The position numbers were made by a program, and so were the translations under genes. Below, piece after piece: positions 11,132-21,204 of a DNA stretch of 37,399 bases; within the stretch, counting starts at the first letter, position 1, and each line of letters begins with the position of its first letter. The notes under the pieces were generated by a model, which was given only the letters and a program-made list of their open reading frames with translations, did no database searches and was not told the DNA's origin. Source of the DNA: Perkinsus olseni (lineage: Eukaryota); assembly GCA_013115125.1 (NCBI GenBank), contig JABANN010000340.1, positions 1-37,399 of the forward strand. The letters run 5' to 3'.

Positions 11132-13155
11132 ATGGCGAACGAGTTCACCCTCAAACGTCTACCTAACTACTCCGGCCCTCAAGGACCTTTGCTCGTCATA
11201 GTCCTTGATGGGTTCGGAATTGGCCATAAGAACGACAGCGACTGCGTCTATTTGGCAGACCCGGCGTACATGCTGGGGCTTCGTCATAGTGTGAGTGCAT
11301 AACCCGCTCGAGCAGCTCCTTGAGAGAAGGGTGATAAAATCTGGAATTCTCATGTCGTCCGATATGATGTCACGATGTGGCTAGTCTTTACTTGTAGGCT
11401 TACGACAAGCATCTCTACTGCACCCTGAAGGCGCACGGCATGGCGGTTGGCCTTCCGACGGATGACGACATGGGGAACTCAGAAGTCGGCCACAATGCTC
11501 TGGGATGTGGGGAGCTGGTGGCACAAGGTGAGCCTCCTGCTCCTGTGGAAGTCGAGGAAGTCATGGATATCAGGTGCGAAGCTGGTGAATCAGTCCATTC
11601 AGGATGGCTCTCTGTTCAAGTCTAAGAACTTCACCAACATCGTTGATGAGCTCAAGGACGGCACTGGACGTACTCTTCACATGTTCGGTCTTCTCTCTGA
11701 CGGCAACATCCACTCCCACATCGCTCACGTGGAGAAAGTCCTGAAAGGAGTGGCCAAGGAGGGTTGCACCGATGTTCGTCTTCACATCCTTACTGATGGC
11801 CGTGACGTTGGTTCAATGTCCGCGCTGGACTACGTTGAACGTCTCGAGAAGTGCCTCGCCGAGTGCGGTCCTAACTTCAAGATCGCCTCTGGTGGCGGAC
11901 GTATGCAGGTCACTATGGACCGTTACAACTCCGATTGGAACATCGTCAAGAGAGGTTATGATGCTATGTGCTTCGGTATCGTTGACCCTGCCATCAACCC
12001 CGAGTGCCAGAGAGGATGGGTAGGAATGTACAAGGACGCCACCACCGCCATAAAGGAAGTCCGCAAGATGTTCCCCGAGAAGACTGATCAGAACTACCCT
12101 CCCTTCGTCATTGTTGATGAGAACGGCAAGCCTGTCGGACCCGTTAAGGACGGCGATGTTGTCATCTGCTTCAACTTCCGTGGTGACCGTTCCATCCAGA
12201 TCAGTCGTGCCTTCACTGAGCCCAACTTTGACTCCTTCGATCGCCGTAAAGCGCCTAAGGTTGATTACTACGGTATGTTGATCTACGATAACGACCTTAT
12301 GATCCCCAAGCAGTCCTTGGTTCCAAACCCTGACATCTCACGCGTCCTCTCTGAGTATATGCTCACTCAGGGTATTAAGATGTACGCCTGCGCCGAGACT
12401 CACAAGTTCGGTCATGTCACCTTCTTCTGGAATGGCAATCGTTCGGGCTACCTCGACCCCAAGATGGAGCTTTACGAGGAAGTCACTTCTGAGCCTAACG
12501 ACGCAATACCTGACAACCCGGCCATGAAGGCTCGCGAGGTTACCGCAAAGGTTGTGTCTGCCATCGACAAAAATGAGTTCAAGTTCTACCGTGTTAACAT
12601 CGCCAACGGTGATATGGTCGGCCATACCGGTCTTATCCCCCAGACCATCGAGACCGTCCACGTCATCGATGAGTGCGTGAAGAAGATGGTTGAAGCCGTA
12701 AGTTCGGGTGGCCGCTGGTTGGACCTCATGAGAACTCGCGTCTCTGTATTGTACATGTCGGTACTGTATGTTGTCGTAGGTCACCGCTCGTAACGGCATC
12801 GTCGTGATCACCGCCGATCACGGTAACTGCGAGGAGATGATGGACAAGAAGGGCAACATCAAGACCAGCCATACTCTCAACGCCGTGCCGTTCCTCATCG
12901 TTGATCCTAACTGTGAGTCTGGGATGCTGTTGAAGACCATGACTTTTAGCACGTTTACTCATCTTGACGTTCCTCCGTGTCGACGTCGTTGCCTTTGCGT
13001 CAGGTAACGGGAAGTACATAGTCAACCCCACGCAGGACCCAGACATCGAGGAGCCAGTGGCTGGTCTGACGAACGTTGCCGCTTCCATCTGCAATCTTCT
13101 GGGCTACGAACCACCGCCGCATTACCGGAAGTCCCTCATCGAGTTCACTGCATAA
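11132..13155 (+). CDS. gpmI: iPGAM copy 2; exons 11132-11290, 11398-11527, 11574-12697, 12780-12912, 13004-13155
   Basis: Same motifs and identical intron positions as copy 1. Confidence 0.96.
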
Positions 13156-13497
13156 CCATAAGGAGAGGTTTGAAGGCCTCATTTTTCTCCACCGAGACGA
13201 CGTTAGCGACCCGATTTCCCAGGCATCCTGTTCGTCCGCTGCCTTGCTGGACTGTAGTGGACGCGACCTCGCCTAAATGTGATTCTTTCGCATCAGTATC
13301 GTGAGGCTTCCTAACTGTGTTTGTTAACTCATTACGTAACTGCGTGGCGACGACTTCTCTCTGTATCGAGTAGTTTGATTATTATTTGACTGTATCGCCT
13401 TCAAGGCATTAATTTGAGTGAGTTTAGTTGTGTCAATTCGCTGGGAATAGCGACGAGGCTCTTCAGTGATTCTCTCCGTTTTCTCGTTGCATGATAG

Positions 13498-16444
13498 ATG
13501 GGTCCTCGATGCAATCCGCATCTGGAATCGAGGGCTGCAATTCACGCTTCACGGGGTAGTATGATCAATAGCATCATTGCTTGTCCGTGCCAGTTCGAGT
13601 GGCGTAGGTATGCATATGTCGCCATAAAGTTGGCCGCAGCAGCGGAGAAGCTCCAGCAGAGGGTATTCCTTCGCGAACTGTACCACCTGGCATTGCCAGA
13701 TCCCGAGCTAGTCAGTAAGTACCCTCCAATTGGTTGACGCAAAGAAGATGAGTTTTCTGGCGCACCTCGCTGTTCAGGTGAACTGGTGGATGCCGTATGG
13801 CGAGCCATTTGCGAGCCGGGTTTACGCATCGGGCTCGCTAGTTTAAGGAGCTGGTCGCGGACGCACTGTGTTCGGATGAACTCGGTACCAGAGCCCAGGC
13901 TGGGTTACTGAAGTTTGACTCAGCTCCAGCTCACCCTTCTCTGTAGTTGTTTCCACGCAGGTATCAGTGACGAGATCCAGGGAAGATCGTCTAGTTGAAC
14001 TTCTCTCGAGAGTCACTGCTCGCAGCGACCTGCAGGGTAGCATGCAGTCAGTGCTAAGGCGATGGAGGGAGATGAGCAGACGGGCCGAGGACGACAGATC
14101 CACTTTCTGCGGCGCCACGGACTCCTCTGGAGACGATACACGTAGGTTCAGCCAAGTGTATCACTCAATGATGTAGTCAACTGCGCCTTGAGTATGCTCT
14201 TTGAATATAGCTTTATAAGGCTCGGTCATCTCTGGTATGATATTGAGATCATTTGTATCTCTTTCTCAGCTACATTGAGTTGGAAAGATAACAACCGAGG
14301 GCAAGTCGCTGAAATGACGTGGATGCTCAGAGCATGGTTGACGATTGCAAAACAACGCCGTAGCTCAGCTAGGATTCTGTCTCGAATACTCGAGAACTCG
14401 GTAAGAGCTTCGACGATGCCGGCTCTAGGATAGCCCCGTTACGAAGGCTGTCCAGTGTGTCCCCTGCAGGTTCGGCGACAACTACTTGGCGGTTGGGCTC
14501 GTCTTCGCAAGCATGTGCTCAGTCCTTTGGATCAGGCTGGTGCTATTCGGGTGAGTTTGATCGCTGCCATCAACGGGTTCTCGTCCGGCTCAAGTGCACC
14601 GAATCTACAGGCCTCCTACGGCACCGTTGCTCGAGTCATTGCCGCCTGTCGTCGATATGCAAGTAAAACTGGCGCCTGTAGATCGACAGAACCCATGGTA
14701 ATGAGAAATTTGAGGCATTATTTGCGTCCTATCTTTTGGCCTGATTCGTAGTCTGTTAATTATCACTGCAGATGCTCCATGCTGTGTTGATCGAGCTCTC
14801 ACGGAAAGCGCTCAAGGTTGGATGGAGAGCTATGTGCATTCCCAAGAGGGATTGGGTCGCCAGGCGCCTTTTGTTGCGCGTCATAGGTAGTCTCTGAAAT
14901 TTTGAGATAGTTCTCGCGGTGTCTCTTCTTATCGCTCTGTCCTCCCATGGCCGGCGCCTCTGGGCCTTCGGCATCTCTTTCTACGATGAGGATACCTTCA
15001 GGTCAATGGAAGTCAGTATGTAGCGACCGTCGGGTGGCTGTGCGGCGAATGGCTCGTGTCATGAGCCATGTCACTGGTTGGGCATGGCGATGGGCCTTTA
15101 TGAGAATGGTCAGCCATAGGAGTAGCAACAGTGTGAGGTTGTTTCCGTCGATGAGCCCTTGTCAGCAGAAAGCGTTGCGCCTGGGTACGATCGGCTATCA
15201 GCAGCTACGCTGCTTGTCCGTGCTGTCGTCCGAGTGTCCCGAAGACTCATGGTCTGTGCACTATCAGCTCTCGGGCAGAATCATCCTGGAGAGCTGGCGT
15301 ATGACTATAGTAAATGCCTGGCTTTGACGGCAACTCTGAGGAGGCCCATCCTGAGAAAGGTATGCCGGGTGATCGCAAGAACCTCCCCATGTCTGCTCTT
15401 GATTCAACTAATCATGTCATGCTTGGCCCTCGGAGGGCCGAGCGGGAGGGCCGCCCTCCCAGAATCTTTTGGTTCAATCGTTGATAGCCTAACACTGATA
15501 ATTGTAGTCCTTTGCTGAGGCTTATTTGGCGATGCTCTCACAATCAGGTTGCCTCGGCTGTAAGGCTGCTGACCCGCCCTCCCGCTACTCGGAGTAAATC
15601 TTCGTCGGTGGCTCGAAATAAGAGACCGACACTGACAGTCGAGCATGGGAGCAAATTCAGAGTGAGCTGGAGGCCTCATCTTGAGCCTCATCTTCGTCTA
15701 TCAGGGTGTCGGTTATGCATTGTGTACAGTAGCTGTTTATGGTCATCTCTTGCAGGATCAGAGTGCAGCCGCTGTAGAGGCCCTATCTCGGGGTATATTG
15801 GTTGCGAAGTTCCACCAGAAGAATGGCCGGCGCGTCTCTCGTGTGCTGAGGATCGTCAAGAGCTCTCAGTAAGACGGCGTTGGGTCGCCCATATATTCAT
15901 TTCATTTGATCAGGAATGCGACGCTATGTTGGTGTGGAGGAGGACCGACGTCGTCCGGATCTTTGCTGCCAGGGCACTCTAGCGAAGCTCCTCTGAGAGA
16001 CTTTGTTGCTTGGATCCATGCATATGATGACAGTTGGAGTAGTCGTGGAGGTCCTAATGGTGCTAGATGGTACTGATCGGTGTTCCCTCAGGCCTGCAGC
16101 CGACTGACGATGCTGCTCTGGGTTTAATCATCGTGTTCAAGTCTCGACGGCTGAGTATATGCCTTTCGTCACTGCGGGACCTCCTCATTGTCACTACTGC
16201 ATTGGACAGGTTCTCGCAAACGAAGTCGTCCTCTCTTGGTAAGACCCCACATCACAGCACCTAGTGGGCTTCTGTTCCGAACAGACTGTGCATCATCACC
16301 ATGCTACTTTTGTCAGGTGGGCGCCTGCCTCTGATTATCTCCTTTATCAATAGAAGGCTGGCCAAGCAAGGGATATCCTTCAATAAGGCTCTTCTCACTG
16401 CCGTCTACACGTCAATTGATGAAGTAGAAGAGATGGCTGATTAG
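13498..16444 (+). CDS. Multi-exon hypothetical protein: Arg/Trp-rich helical repeats plus C-terminal PH-like domain (5' end uncertain)
   Basis: Short exons such as VLRRWREMSRR, MLRAWLTIAKQRR, LLGGWARLRKHV and LKVGWRAM. Spliced tail ALSRGILVAKFHQKNGRRVSRVLRIVKSSQ|NATLCW...LGLIIVFKSRRLSICLSSLRDLLIVTTALDRF follows a PH pattern. Last exon ends ...IDEVEEMAD* at 16444. Confidence 0.5.
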
Positions 16445-16597
16445 CTATGCTAACATGGCTAACATGCGGTTGTGTGCCCTCCAATAGGGTCGTGTTTAGT
16501 GCTGTTAATTTGAGACATGTGGCCCGGGCCACAGAGCGTCTGAGACGTCCTTTTTGAGGCTGGTGGAGATTGCTTCTCAGGTGTATGTAGTAGGACC

Positions 16598-17584
16598 ATG
16601 CCTGGTCTTGTTGCTAAGGCTAACGAGAGTAGGCTCCTCGAAGTTAGAGCCCCCTTGAATCCTGTGATGTTTTTTGTCCCCATCGCCTCGAGAAATCCTG
16701 CTCGGACCGCCGCCCCCACTTGTCGCAACGCTGTGGTCACGTCTAGCGGCAAGAGTCCATGCTCTGATGCCGGATCGACCTCGACTGGGGCCGGCGGTTG
16801 CAGCGATGACGATGCTACTGCCGGTATCATTACTAGTGGTGGTCTGCATCCCCAAATTGAAGGCCCCGAGTATGTCTGTGCCGCATTCTCTTGGGACTCA
16901 CCCAAGACAATTCATGCGTGAGTGGGAAGAGGGCGTCATTATCGATATCCTAGTACCCACGCTTTCAGTAGATTGTGTGGGAGGGTTCGTCATTTCTACG
17001 AATCATCAGTGACTATCCTCGATACCATCGTGAATAATGGTCGGGGAGGTGTCTCGTGTGTTTCAGTAATTGTCACTTCTATCCGCTTGTGATCTTCGCT
17101 TCTTCAGGGCTCCGTCTTTTGGCTCGAATGCCCACCCGGGTGGAGCTCCTCTGTGCTCTGATTCCCACACTCTCCATATGAGAGAGGTGGAGACACCAAG
17201 TCCGAGGCTTCTGCATGCTGACAGCTTACTAAGCATGATACAGGGTGCTTGGATACACATACGGGAACCAAAGATGTAAATATCCGCGCCGTCCTCCTCT
17301 TTCGATCTGCCTTTGGTTTTCCTTGTCTCAGACTTTATGAAATAGACGGGTCAGAGGTTCGCATAAGACGAGTAGATATGGACTACGGTATTATGGACAG
17401 CCATACGCTGTGTGTGTGCAACGACAATGTATATTGGAGTAATCGCCTCGTCTATGTCTGCATTCTGTATAGTCGCAATGCTATGGTCTGGAAGCGGATC
17501 TCGAAGTCCAACACTAGGGCCGTTGCCTGCTGCAACAGCAGCAGCGATCAGTCGTCATGTTATTGGATCCGAATGGTTCAGTAG
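16598..17584 (+). CDS. Unknown Trp-rich domain family, paralogue 1 (start approximate)
   Basis: Intron 17276-17331 joins LLSMIQGAWIHIREPK to ILYEIDGSEV...LCVCNDNVYWSNRLVYV...SRNAMVW...CYWIRMVQ*, which aligns with the next two genes. Confidence 0.55.
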
Positions 17585-18675
17585 GATCTCCAAAAGCAGC
17601 ATTCCCCTTCATCATCCAATCGTCGATGCCGCTGGTCCTGGCCCTATGTGGCCTTCGTGCATGGGCTGATTCGCTTATATCGATTTACTATCATCTTCAT
17701 TATCTCAGTGAGACTCCTGCTACTGCCGCTACTACTGCTATCACCATCCATACCTTCACGAAGGCTCGCTCCATTGAGACTATTCATTTTACCATTGCGC
17801 CACTGGTCGTGGCACGCTACATTCCTCTTGCCAAATGCTAGCTTATCATCGCAATGCTCACTAAAATCCTTGGTAATTGGGAACTTCCCTCGACTTCCCG
17901 CTCCCGCTTCCCTCCGTAGACTGCATCAATCGACAGTTCGGCATCACCTCGTTGAGCTCTGCACATCCATGGTCGCTCTCTGTGGTCCTTGTCTGGCGTA
18001 GTCCCAGACTTCGGCATTAGTCTCATCCTCTGTCTTTGGATACGCAAGAGGCTTGTGGCGGTGGAAGTTGTTTGGAGGTCGTTGCTTGACTTGTCTTGTT
18101 ACTATGGCTGCTGTCAACTACCACTACCCTTGCTGCCGACCCACTTACTCGAGTAGGATGGGTTGCCGTATCTTATATCATAATTCCGCACGTCGTGAAG
18201 AAGCCCTCTTCCGTCACATAGAAGGTGCATCCAACAACTCGCTACTACTACTCGATACTTGAACTATATAAGAGGATAATTAGTGATAAGTAACCACCAC
18301 CCATCACGTTATTAGTCGTGGTAGGCGGCGGCGCATGAATGTCACCATCATGCTGCTACGTGTCTTTTGACTTGAGTGAACAATTCGATCGTCGAGGGTC
18401 GCTGGTAAGTACGAGCCTTAGCTCTTGTTTTTTTTGTAATGAACCCCTTCGACACTCCGCCAGGACTGGAAACGTTGGGTTTATCCAACGGTTTAGGGTC
18501 CCGCGACTGTCCGCTGGCGAGGGACGTCGACTCTGCGTGAGAGTTCACTTGTCCAGACTTCGTGGTTCCCGATTCCCCCTGCTATCCCTGCTCGGTTTTG
18601 ATGCTGTTGTTCGTTGCAGAGTTCGATTGTTATTTGCGTCTTTCAGCGTCAAGCCTATCTCTGAGCTCAACCGCT

Positions 18676-19643
18676 ATGCTTGCCCTTTCGTGCCGTCGAC
18701 AGAGACCGACAACCAACAGAAAGAGAACGGTGTGGCGCAGGAGGTCTGACATCATTCCCGTCCATGACGCTCCAACTAGAAAGGGTCGTCTAGTCCGCCG
18801 ATCTGCGTATTCTTCTCAGTTCGTCGGCTGATACTGGGAATCTCAGGTTCAGCAGGCCAGCCAATCGGTAGGAGAAACCTTTCATTACGAGTCGTGCTCC
18901 TTGCATTTCACCGCCGTGGATAGAGGCAGCGATGGAGAGGACGAGGCGATGGATATGATTGCCGTTTATCAGCCTACGGACCATATTTTACAGGTTTGTT
19001 TGGCGATGACTCCCACCATGGTCTTCAGCAATTTTTCTTCTCAGAGCTGCGTGACGGCTGGCCGTTGTTGCATTCCTTGGCATGCGAAGTCGCCACACAT
19101 TCACATGGTGCCCATGCTCTATAACGCTCCTGCTGCAGCGATTTCTGATGCCGTGCCCGACGGAGATAATGAACTCGAGAATCCCTCACAGAGCGGTGGG
19201 AGAAAAGACGTAATTCCAACTGCTCCGACTTCTGAGTGACGCAGGTTTTGGTGTTTCAGGACTCGAGTGCTTCCGAAGGTGACAACTGCCAGCCCTTGTC
19301 GGCCAAAAAGATGCTAAGGATCATGTCTGGGCGGTGGTACTGTCCTACGGAAGCTCGAGGATTCGAATATGAAATCAGAGGCTCGAGCGTTACCAAGAGC
19401 GAGAGGCGGGAAAAGGATAAGTCGGAGTTCTCTCCCCTTTGGAAGAAGCGGCTGGTGATCAAGAAGGGAGCTATCTATTGGAGCTCATCGCTCAATTACG
19501 TCCTCTCGAAGACCAAGTTCACTCGCAATGAGATCAACTGGGAGTCCACTACCGGGAAGATGGGTTGGACCTGGCTCCGCGTGCCCTACAGCAGCGAGAG
19601 CGACGCCCACAGTACTTACGGTTCTGAGGAGTCCTCCCATTAG
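18676..19643 (+). CDS. Unknown Trp-rich domain family, paralogue 2 (start approximate)
   Basis: Exons MIAVYQPTDHILQ | CVTAGRCCIPWHAKSPHIHMVPMLYNAP | MLRIMSGRWY...YEIRGSSV...RLVIKKGAIYWSSSLNYVLSK...NEINWESTTGKMGWTWLR. Confidence 0.65.
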
Positions 19644-19814
19644 CCTGACACGCTGCATGCGCTTTCCTCCATGCTCGCAGAGCGGCTCACATTGTGGGCG
19701 TTTCCATCGCTAAGTTTGCAGCTGAGTTTTGTGGCTCCGGCGTTGTTGTATCCACCTTTCGGGATCGCCGCTTCAGCTCATTCCCGGCTGATTCATTTAT
19801 CTCCTTCTGTCACC

Positions 19815-21098
19815 ATGTGGCATGTTGTTCGCAGAGGCCGCGGAAACGACAGAAGTGCTGCGGCTACTCGCAGGGCCCCTAAGGCCTTTGCTCCCAAGTT
19901 CGAAGCCACTCGGAAGTAAGTGCAATCATCGCTGAAAGTTGTTGCGGACTGATCCACTAGCCAGCTCGCCAAGCCTTTGCTACCGCACCGATGCTATCGA
20001 GCTTTCTTCAGTACTGACAGGCGCTGGTGCGACATGGAGAGCAGTGATGAAGATGATGACTGCAGCGTGGAGCAGGACGACGTCTGGGCGAGGTCCTCGG
20101 TATCTGACGCTCCCTCACCTCGGAGGTGAATCAGAGTCGACGGGTATTTCGAGTTGTCACGTATGGCGGTCGCTGTTTCTCAGTGATATCGAAAATGTGG
20201 CTCCGAACCGCGACATCTGCGAGGCTGATGACGCGGCGTCTAGATCTGCCGCAACGGCAGAGCCGGGAACTCCGAGTTGGAAGAAACCGCGAGGCGATGA
20301 CAAAACACGCGTAGCATTTTACTCGGTCGGTTGAATTGCCTTGTGTGCTTTGACTTAGCCCCATGCTGCATCACTATCATCCGGATCTACTAGCACTGCA
20401 GAACCGACTCCCGTACCTGTGCCGTCTTACCCACCGCCGGCGCCATCCTATCCTCCACCCGGCATCTATCACGACCCTCCTCGATACGCTGCTACAGTGG
20501 AGGGCATGATCCCTGTATTCCACCCCAGCGGCCCCTTCCCTGAAGTGAGTGAGACGATGAGGGGACTGTGGTCGTATTACATGTTCTGTAGTGCGTCGTG
20601 CAAGGAGGAGCCTGTCCAATACCGTGGCACCCCAAAGAGCCCCACGTTCACGTCATGCACGTCCTGTTCAACGCCCCCGATAACAGCGCTAATGCGACCA
20701 ATGAGGCGGACGCGGATGCCGAAAGAGGAAGGCCCATCCAGGTGATAGAGCATGGCACTGGTCGTCTCTACTGGCCACTTTTCTTTCAGTGGGAGAGTGC
20801 CAAAGAAGTTCTCGAGGCCGTCAAGGGCCGGTGGTTCTGCTCCAGCGAAGGGCCTGGCATGGTGTACGATATCAACGCGAAGAGAAAGCGTGTTGCCAAG
20901 CTATGGATTGATGAGGATGGGGATGCTGTCTCTCGGATATGGGAGAAGAACCTGGTCATTGACTCACAGGACATCTACTGGGGCAATTCTCGAAGTTATT
21001 TTTTGTCCAAGCAACATATGTACGAGAATGAATTGAAGTGGGAGTCAACACGGGGCGGCAGAGGCTGGCGTTGGCAGCGGGGACGGCCCTCAGAGTGA
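19815..21098 (+). CDS. Unknown Trp-rich domain family, paralogue 3 (start approximate)
   Basis: Exons MIPVFHPSGPFPE | CVVQGGACPIPWHPKEPHVHVMHVLFNAP | VLEAVKGRWF...YDIN...NLVIDSQDIYWGNSRSYFLSK...NELKWESTRGGRGWRWQR, with acidic and Pro-rich N-terminal exons. Confidence 0.65.
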
Positions 21099-21204
21099 GC
21101 GAACTGTGAGTTTCCTCATCGTTTTCGCCATCATTTGCCATAGCGAACGGTTACTTACTACCAACATTCATCGGTATAGCGAGTAGTTTTGATGTTACTT
21201 CACC

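Noticed and set aside
17585-18660. Several overlapping hydrophobic ORFs
   Set aside because: Low-complexity pyrimidine-rich sequence typical of UTR or intergenic DNA, with no coherent splice model.
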